DNA of 63,934 bases, filler included, from Salisapilia sapeloensis CBS 127946 (lineage: Eukaryota; Protista; Oomycota), in the NCBI GenBank assembly GCA_023334545.1. It is 14 parts of 14 records of this genome, joined end to end, with 100 filler letters (N's around TTAATTAATTAA, not from the genome) between each part and the next. Parts side by side here need not be neighbours in the genome. Positions count along the whole stretch, not along the records: positions 39,496 to 58,404 come from JAADVB010000316.1; positions 58,505 to 59,780 come from JAADVB010001216.1; positions 59,881 to 62,387 come from JAADVB010000887.1; positions 62,488 to 63,934 come from JAADVB010001145.1; 10 more parts are not named here. One strand, written 5' to 3'. Shown piece by piece: positions 55,947 to 63,934 of this stretch. Each line of letters opens with the position of its first letter. Position 1 is the first letter of the stretch. The notes under the pieces were generated by a model. The model saw only the letters and a program-made list of their open reading frames with translations. It did not search any database and had not been told where the DNA came from. The translations under genes were made by a program, and so were the position numbers.

Positions 55947-57732
55947 TCAGCAGCAAGGCCGTGCGCTCCGCGATGCACGACTTGGACGATGGCATAAACT
56001 ACCAGCTGGTAGAGCGTCGTGGCCCGTGATCAGGACCGCAATAAATTTCTCACAAACAATTGCAAGTACGGTTCGAGTGCTGGCGTCAACGGGGTGTTAC
56101 GGTTGAGAGCTATTCATTAAAGGGCACTTGGCACAAAGGTACGTGGTCTCGGTAGTAGCGACTGTACCTCGTGGTACTGATTAAAGCTGTGGTAAGTTGA
56201 TGAGTATGAGGCGGGACTGTCGCGTGTCCACATGTGGATAGGTGTAGGTAAGCTGATGCCGTTTCCCTTTCGCTCTGCCCAAAAGGAGCGGTCATCTGCA
56301 GCAGACAGTCGCACCGAGGGGGCCAAGGGATCTTGCCGTAGCTAACCCTTGGCGTGATCAAAAGCTCAAAGCGACGATTGGCGTCAACATCAGGTGCATG
56401 CCAAGCTATCTTGGGCATGAACATTTTGGCTCAGCATACTTCAGAAACTTGAATACGGCTTCGATGTATGCTTCGAGACTCGAAAAGAAAACTTTAGATC
56501 GAGTCGTCATCTACGCGTAAACGCTTGTCGAAAATTTGAAGGGAATTGACTGGACATGGCGTTCATGGCAGAAGTGCCAGCAATGGCAAGCTAGAATGAT
56601 GATGCTTGATTCATTCCTCGTCATTCAGACACTTTCATTTCACTTTTTGCTACGTGTACACGAGATCAGGTCGCCACCGATGGTAGAGAGGCCGCTTTAT
56701 CCATAAATCGGTCCTAATCTTTGTGCAATCAACGGGTGCGATTCGGCTGCTAGCAAAATGACTGTCGTTTTCAGGCTCCAGCTCTGTAGATGGCACTTGC
56801 ACACGATACCCTGTGTCTCTTTGTCAAGAGTGATTTGAAGCGGAATGTTTGCTGCAGTATCTTCATCTCGCCCTAGTATGGTGGAGCATTTCCGAGATAC
56901 CTTGAAAAATGAAACGGAATCTTGACTTCCAAACATGTATCTGCTGTGGAAAACAGGCGACATCTTTGTCAGCTTTCACAAATAGTCCACCAGTGAATGT
57001 ACACGATCTTTTAATAGCTAAATTGCATTGCCTAGCAACACTTCATGTATATTTGCGTGGGCTGTCTTGCTCATACGACGAAACTCTTGATAAATCGAAA
57101 TGTGCACACTTCATATTACTCTGCTGGTACGAATGACAAGACCAGAAAAGCTTGCTGCATTTATAGGCCAACATTCAACTTGTTAAGGTGAGAAATGCGC
57201 CATTTGACTGAGTTACTGCGTGCCGTGCTGGTACGTAGCTGCTAACATTCAATACGAAGGCTGCGAACGTTTCGCTTAACTTGTCTATGCTGTTTTGTAA
57301 AGACATCATCGTGGAGAAACTAATTTGCTTCTCAAGTTGTACGAGACAGACATGAGTTGAGTGCGATGTCTTAGAGAGATCAAGATATGTATACACCTGC
57401 CAACATCAACTCAAACGGTAGTTTCTTGACGTTTATGTCACCACGGTCTGCATCATCACATTCCTACGCGACTATGTGGTATAATGTGCCTGCTAGCAAG
57501 CGACGAAAGGAGCGTGGCATGCAAAGCATTGTCAGTAAATAAAATTCGGCACTCCATTTGATGAGCAGCCACTCAGGTACTCGAGAGGCTTTACAGACAG
57601 CAATTTGCATCCACTTTAAAAACAACTATATTCTGTCCAGTAAAATCTTACTTGTTACTAGGTACGCATGGCGTGAAAATGCTGTACGCTCATAAGTACA
57701 TGCAAAATCTGTGTTCCCAAAGCATAAAATAA

Positions 57733-57814
57733 TGTCAGCGGTGGGATTTGAACCCACGAGTGCGAACACAGTAGAACTTGAGTCTACCCCCTTGGACCGC
57801 TCGGGCACACTGAC
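57733..57814 (-). tRNA. tRNA-Leu (anticodon CAA), 82 nt, long variable arm, no intron
   Basis: GTCAGTG..CGCTGAC-A acceptor stem, anticodon arm GTAGA-CTCAAGT-TCTAC, T-loop GGTTCAAATCC; TATA-like AT tract about 25-35 nt upstream. Confidence 0.96.
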
Positions 57815-58080
57815 TTGTATACAAGACAATATATTTGTGTTATATAATATATGAACTTTACTTTCATAGGTCAAGTGCTGGAATTGATTAGCTTCAGACC
57901 GCCCTGGGCATTAACCACACAATATTTATCGACCTGGAATGCGTTCTAGACTAGTCTTCGTCCTCGCTTCGTTCAGTATGCATCCCACGAAAACTAAGCT
58001 GATACGACTTTGACCGATTTTGACGAAGTCTATTAGAACGAGAGATGTCAAGACTTTATTGCTATAGTTTAATCCTGTAT

Positions 58081-58404
58081 TCACAATTGCCTTTCCATCT
58101 CTTCAAACATGGGCTTGAACATGTCGTCCCACTCGTCCTTCGAAATGTCTTTATCGTTGGAGTTGGGACCACTGCCTGTAGGAATGTCCTTTCCTCCTCT
58201 AAACTCTCGCCACTTGCACCCTGTGAATTGACACAAGTTCCGGTAACCCCATCTGCGCCTCTCATGCGGAAAGATCTCCAACACAGGCACACCCGGCCGC
58301 GCCCACATCACATTCACCATCCCGGCGCCATGCATCCCGATCACAAAGTCGCTCTCGACAATCGTCTGCATCTGCTCCTTCATATCCATGCCCACGAACT
58401 CTAC
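58081..58404 (-). CDS. Glycosyltransferase family 61 (EOGT/xylosyltransferase-like), C-terminal fragment
   Basis: 'EQMQTIVESDFVIGMHGAGMVNVMWARPGVPVLEIFP'. Confidence 0.85.
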   Translation of the reverse strand, partial: VEFVGMDMKEQMQTIVESDFVIGMHGAGMVNVMWARPGVPVLEIFPHERRRWGYRNLCQFTGCKWREFRGGKDIPTGSGPNSNDKDISKDEWDDMFKPMFEEMERQL

Positions 58405-58504
58405 NNNNNNNNNNNNNNNNNNNNNNNNNNNNNNNNNNNNNNNNNNNNTTAATTAATTAANNNNNNNNNNNNNNNNNNNNNNNNNNNNNNNNNNNNNNNN
58501 NNNN

Positions 58505-59780
58505 CGCAGTTCAGTCATCTTCAGCCACGCCAGCTGACGACCACGCTCTTGGTCGTTCAGAGAAAGTTCGGAAATACTGCCTCTCCACACTTTTTCAATC
58601 ATCGTATCTAACTCATCTTCACCGCTTTGTCTACCTTGAGTAAGAGATTCCTCTTGCGCAGACCTTTTCGACTCATAAACCTGAACATTTTCATTTGTCG
58701 AAGTCAGCTGAGCAAAGGCGCTCAGTGAGCCTTCAGTTGAAGGACTACCTTGATCTAAGCCGAACTCATACACCTCGCCAGCGCAGGATTCCCTGCCAGA
58801 CCAGGCAATAGATCGATCCGTCAGTTGAGAAATCCTGGCTGGTTCAACAATGGTAGATCCACTGCCATCTTGTTCATGCCGCCCAGCTCGAATTCCTTCT
58901 AGGGCGACTTTATATGAACTGACTTGGCTAATGATTTGATCGCAAGCGGGGCAGAGTCGAATCTTCTTGGCCATTGGCTTCAACTTGGGAGCGACCTCGA
59001 ATAGCTCGGTCGAAAGAACGCACTTCCGGCAGATGGATGAGTCACACAAAGTGCAGGGGTAAGCTTTGCGTAAGGGACCAAATCTCTTCTTGCACGATCG
59101 ACATTCCGACTTTTTTCCAATTCCGTTGCTGCCCATCAAACCCACGACTTCATTCTTGTTCACATTTTTCTCTGAAGAAGCCACGACAGTTTTTTTCTTT
59201 TTGCACACTGTGTGGATGTCCAGTTGGCCATGAGTGCACTTGCCAACGTAACAACACCAATGGAGTCGAGGACGTTGATCCCAGATACTTCGTGGTATGC
59301 CTTGACGAACACTTCAGCCGATTGTTCGGTAACAGGCTTGAAGAGAACACAAGATGAGAGGCGGGATCGTATGATTCCTTGTCCTTCAAGTGGAGGAGTA
59401 GAAGGCAAGTCGACTGAATGCATCAGATTATACCCAATACGTTCGTCCTTATTGGCTTGGAGAATTCCAGTCGCTCGAATGTAAACAACATCCCGATCTT
59501 TGACAACCCCTCGAAGTGCTAGACTTGGACTACCAGCATGCCATTGGATAACAGTACAACGATATGGATGCTCCAGACTCGGCTTTTCGATCGTCTCGAG
59601 AATCTGGGCATTCATCACTGGTTGCTCAGCGTAGTTCACATTTTGCAAGATTACTGCTTCGTCACCGTTCACGAGACGGAATAAGAGGTCATCCATATTG
59701 CTTTCAATCGTTCCAGTACCGACGATGACACGAGGCATTTGCCAGCCAGCGCTGTCAGTGTATGAATCTTTCACCACGCG
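58505..59780 (-). CDS. START-like + FYVE domain protein, truncated at both ends, with a 1-nt frameshift between the domains
   Basis: START-like part 'DRDVVYIRATG..IGYNLMHSVDLP..GIIRSRLSSCVLFK' ends 'KKLSWLLQRKM*' at 59160. The FYVE part 'CRSCKKRFGPLRKAYPCTLCDSSICRKC..RLCPAC' is in the -1 frame. Confidence 0.78.
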
Positions 59781-59880
59781 NNNNNNNNNNNNNNNNNNNN
59801 NNNNNNNNNNNNNNNNNNNNNNNNTTAATTAATTAANNNNNNNNNNNNNNNNNNNNNNNNNNNNNNNNNNNNNNNNNNNN

Positions 59881-60033
59881 CATCGAGTCCATGGCCCAAC
59901 CGATACCGGAGAGGAAGATGAGCTGGATGTACCACCACGAGAGCCCCATGACCACGCCCGGGTGCTTCTCACCGATCGCATCGATGCGTGCGGTGATTTT
60001 GTGCACCATATCGGTGTGCTCATTGGGCTTCAT
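59881..60033 (-). CDS. 5' start of an MFS transporter (SV2/SVOP-like), truncated by gap
   Basis: 'IDAIG..LSWWYIQLIFLSGIGWAMDSM' matches an MFS helix-1 pattern (G.GW..D.M). Confidence 0.62.
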
Positions 60034-62226
60034 GTTGAGAACGCAGGTGAAGCGTCGATAAATGCCGGGGGTGACGAAGTCAGAGCGAAAGTGGATGTGA
60101 ATTTGTTGATGTGTCTGGAATTTGACCTATGAGTATCCGTCCTCGATAAGATCGATTTGTTGTGGCAAAATGATGCTATGTTTAGCTACGGTTTACCAGC
60201 TTGGCTAAGATCATGATGAAGAGCATCTTCAACAAAACTTTTATAACCCCTAGGAAATTATTATTTTATAAACTAAGACTGGGCAAGACTTTCCACACGG
60301 ATCGCGCTAACTCCCTCAAGCATACTCCAAATTGTCCTTAGCTTGTCATAAATTCATTTGAATCTCTAACCAAACTTATGCCCCGCGTTTCTTAGAGTCG
60401 AGTTTGTGACAAAGTGTGAAGGACCATTTCTTTTATACCCACCACCATTACAAAGAACTTGTAGAAACTTGGACTACCTTGCTTGTCAATCGACAATGCA
60501 ATCGGATGTCTTGCACGTTACTCGTAATAAACTTTTACGATTATAAATGACAAAACTAAAACATGACTGATATCTATCATCAGCCTCGTAATGATCTCTG
60601 ATCGCGATTATGGACTTCAAAGTAACATGACTTACCTTGCAGCCAGTTGAGATATCTGTAAAGAAATAAAGAGTCATATGAAGAAGTAGCAGATTTGGAA
60701 TTTATCACTTGTGGACAGACGTAAGCACCTTGCATGGACTTTGTGCAAAAGGAGCAGCGGAGATACCAAGGGAGACACAGAGTATCATGATAGCTTCAGA
60801 GTTTCATGTGAACGGATCTGTTGTAACCGCTTGCGAGGGATGATAGTTGGGTGTTTGTTGCCACAAAGGAAGTGATATGTACCGTCGTATAAAGTGAAGA
60901 TCCTGTCTAAGATGCAAGACCATTTTGGAGATACTAAAAGGACCCTAAAACCTTGCATGGCATTGCCAATGAACAATGGTGACTCTAGCCTTTTCTAAGG
61001 AACTTTCTGTTGTGCATTGCCTGTACATATAATAGACGGTTGGTTACCCTGACATAGCTTACGACAACGTAAGCTTATTTTATACCTGGCAACTACTTGT
61101 TTCTGCGTTTACATGATCGAAGTAGATGAAAGTACTCTTTTGCGCTTGAAGTTCACTAATAGAAATGAGGCATTCACGCGGAACGTCTTGCATACATCTT
61201 CCATGCACTACAGAATCTACTGGCATTCTTGGCCATCTATTCTTGACCTATGCAACAACTCGGTTTATATGGACATGCATTCAACCAATTTGGTCCAGCG
61301 TTGGAACTGTACGACATCGCTGTAGTATCTGCTTCTCTGTGCTCTCCTTAATCTTCTCAATCTTTCCGACCCTTCCCTGTTGCGCTTAAAGTGACTGGAT
61401 ACGTCTCTGAAGGTACTGTATATTATTTATCGCTGCTTACTTTCAAGTATGAGCCAACACAAAATACAACAAACTTTACTTCTTTCTAGAAAGCTGATTA
61501 AAAATAATGATCACAGCACGTGGTACATCAATAAGGTCATGAACTTATCCTATATGACGCGCATTGTAAATACACGTTACTTTGAGTGATGATAGATACT
61601 GCAAATGAGTACACGAGGGGCAAGACATCGTAAAGTATTTGAACTTATGATTAAGATGTGGTAACTTGGAGTTATACAGTTTTTACGTCAGTATGGTCTT
61701 TCGACTTTCGACTCTGATATGGGCGTATAAACTCGTGGCTCAAATAACCTTATGACTGAGACTCACAAGACGTGCATTTCTGCGCTACATCACATGAATA
61801 TTACACGTTTCTAAATGATAAAGCGATGTCCGTTGCACTAATCTATCGAAAATTATTTGCAGCAGTTTCAACTCACTTTCATCATGATCATTACCCGTAG
61901 GTCAAGACATTTCATAACTCCGTAGCATCTTTGAATTCGAAAGATCTACCGCATACACGCATAGTGATATAGCTAAATATCATCGATTATTTGGTATGCA
62001 TATCAATCCGCCGCATTCTCTAACAAAAAGCCTTTCTTGTTAATACCTACATTGTAGTAGATACTACTTTAATAAATCAAACTTCTACTTTTTAGAATTT
62101 ACTCTAGCACAAGTGGTCGTTCGGCAATTCAATCACTTCCTCCAAATGGAAAAAGAAGTAGAAGAAAACAGAAATCAGTATGTATTTTAATCCAGAAATG
62201 AGTGCGAATATTCAAGAAGCCTACGC

Positions 62227-62387
62227 TTAAGTCCTACCCGGATGGCTTGGTGTCTCGGTAGCCTGGAAATGTGTATCTGCCACAGGTTTGTCGGATGTCC
62301 ACGATTCGACATCTTTGCCCTTGGGCTCGTATCCAAAGACCAGGACGATGATAGAGATGGCCACCAAGACACCACCAAAGACCCACA
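62227..62387 (-). CDS. 3' end of an MFS transporter, truncated by gap
   Basis: Frame 62385-62227 reads 'WVFGGVLVAISIIVLVFGYEPKGKDVE...GRT*', an MFS terminal helix plus a PETKG-like motif. Confidence 0.6.
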
Positions 62388-62673
62388 NNNNNNNNNNNNN
62401 NNNNNNNNNNNNNNNNNNNNNNNNNNNNNNNTTAATTAATTAANNNNNNNNNNNNNNNNNNNNNNNNNNNNNNNNNNNNNNNNNNNNAGAAGAGAAAAAG
62501 GAGAGCGAAGCGAAAGTATCTTCTATCTCGATCATGGCAGAATTTTCTAAAATTAAGTCGGACATCACCGAAGGCAGGTGGATAAGCAAGTAGCCATGTC
62601 TCTGCTGAGACCGAACGAGTGCACAAAGCCAGGACGGTGGCTATCTTAGTGACAGAAATGCAGTTTATGTTGC

Positions 62674-63757
62674 TTAGTAGGCATCGTACATAACACCGAT
62701 CTGCTTCTGGGTCTCGTCCATGGTTTTGGCAAGCGTCAGCGAATCACTCGATGGGAGTCATTCACACTAGATCTTGCCTTCTTGAACAAGTTTCACCACC
62801 GCCTATCATTGATGTACCCATTCGAGTATACTGCCAGAGTAGCAACCCTGATTGTCTTTGACTGAGGGAAATGCAGCGGTAGGCTTTAGATAGATCCGTC
62901 CTTCTGTGTTTGGTGGAAGGTAACCTCGGACAGACGCATATACGGACAGTATACTTTAATAAGACCTGGATTGCCAGTGATTGCCAGCGCTCATGGCAAG
63001 TCTGTCAGACAAGATCATTGCAAAGTGGCAAATTTGCTTTTTTGGTACTGCAGCTTTATGGGCACGTAAGCGTCCACAACGGAGCCGACGAGCTCAGCTG
63101 TGCCCGAGATCTTTTCGGGATTCGGTCGAAGCGCCATCAAAGCTTTATAAGTGTATAGGTGCCGAGGTCCGGAAGCCCTCCACCGCCCAGCTACCTCTTC
63201 CGAATAACCTCATAGTTGCTTAGTGAGGCGCCTCCCAAGGTGGCAGACACGTGATGGACGTCTCCGATGTCGCCATTTCCCAGTAAAATTCAAACTCGGC
63301 TAGCAGCGGGGAAGAAGCCTGTCCACATGGCTTCCAGCAAGAATAACCTTTTTCCTGAGCCACTCGTATGAGTTCTTCGCCCTGCCTAGCATTTTGCGCC
63401 ACGAGCTTCTCCCACACTACGTGCTTGCCGCCATGAAGGGCCATAATCGTGTGGTCATAGTACGAAAAGTTGAGCGAGCCGATGTAGATGGCCGTCACAT
63501 CTGGGTCGTCAGCCAGATCTTCGTACGTGTCGTACGATTTTGGGATCCTTACTCATGCGTGGGCATGAGTGCAGTGCTATATGGGATCGAGCAGGAATAG
63601 CCATACTGCGAGCGTCAGCGAACTCTTGTACAGAGTCCAAGGATTGAACCCCACAGGCTTAGAGCGTAGCTTTGGAATTCCTTTCAGCGTTGACATCGTT
63701 GGCGAGATCATTGGAGAATTCGCCACGGCTCATGATACTTGGCTTGACTGGTGTCAT
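62674..63757 (-). pseudogene. Pseudogene of a Gfo/Idh/MocA oxidoreductase (dihydrodiol dehydrogenase-like)
   Basis: Recognisable blocks 'SLDSVQEFAD', 'YEDLADDPDVTAIYIG', 'GKHVVWEKL' (normally EKP), 'LLEAMWTGFFP', 'LGGGGLPDLGTY' and 'LAKTMDETQKQIGV', separated by stops and frameshifts. Confidence 0.85.
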
Positions 63758-63934
63758 CTTGATCTGAAGTCCGGAAGTAAGCATTGCCGATCCTTTCGGG
63801 CATTCCATCTGTTGTCGTCTTCAACCACGATCCAAGCAGCAAAGTTTTCGGCCTCTCATTTGCATCGGAGCGAGGAGAGTGCGACTTTGACAACGTTCGC
63901 ATCAGTGCAAGGTACCTCCGGCATACTTTAGAAG

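Noticed and set aside
51560-56106. Many long overlapping or antisense ORFs over the ABCG gene (also over CRAT, AGXT and the AAAP genes)
   Set aside because: Shadow ORFs caused by GC-rich codon bias of the real gene; no recognisable domains.
56110-57700. Short ORFs in the long intergenic regions (also 60130-62200 and 32430-33260)
   Set aside because: No recognisable domain, repeat structure or RNA fold by eye; they may hide decayed genes but nothing is supportable.

Overview
Eukaryotic nuclear DNA of oomycete type. This is inferred from 52-69 nt GT-AG introns, Inr+FPR core promoters and typical oomycete families (AAAP transporters, START-FYVE, LRR-TKL kinase, full-size ABCG); the species cannot be named from the sequence. 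The window is not one locus. It is 14 contigs joined by 13 artificial 100-bp spacers (44 N + TTAATTAATTAA + 44 N), so neighbourhood across spacers is not biological, and one contig (15629-21083) appears inserted into the middle of a gene. Most content is housekeeping genes: INPP4, an RsmF/NOP2 methyltransferase, AGXT, ICMT, carnitine acetyltransferase, a DHHC palmitoyltransferase, a SAMHD1-like HD hydrolase, an ABCG/PDR transporter and tRNA-Leu(CAA). There is also a triplicated 'membrane protein / amino-acid permease' unit and several pseudogenes. The stand-out is contig 9138-12302: about 2.5 kb of roughly 20% GC, ORF-less DNA between inverted-repeat arms of normal GC. Its residual C/G pattern (TC/CC and GA/GG scarce, CpG and CpA kept) fits neither CpG decay nor fungal RIP and suggests a localized deaminase-like hypermutation. 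Other leads are an LRR receptor kinase with one symmetric exon per LRR, a non-motor protein with a dynein microtubule-binding-like domain plus IQ repeats, and an alanine-glyoxylate aminotransferase with an apparent C-terminal tail anchor. All counts are by hand; no database searches were run.
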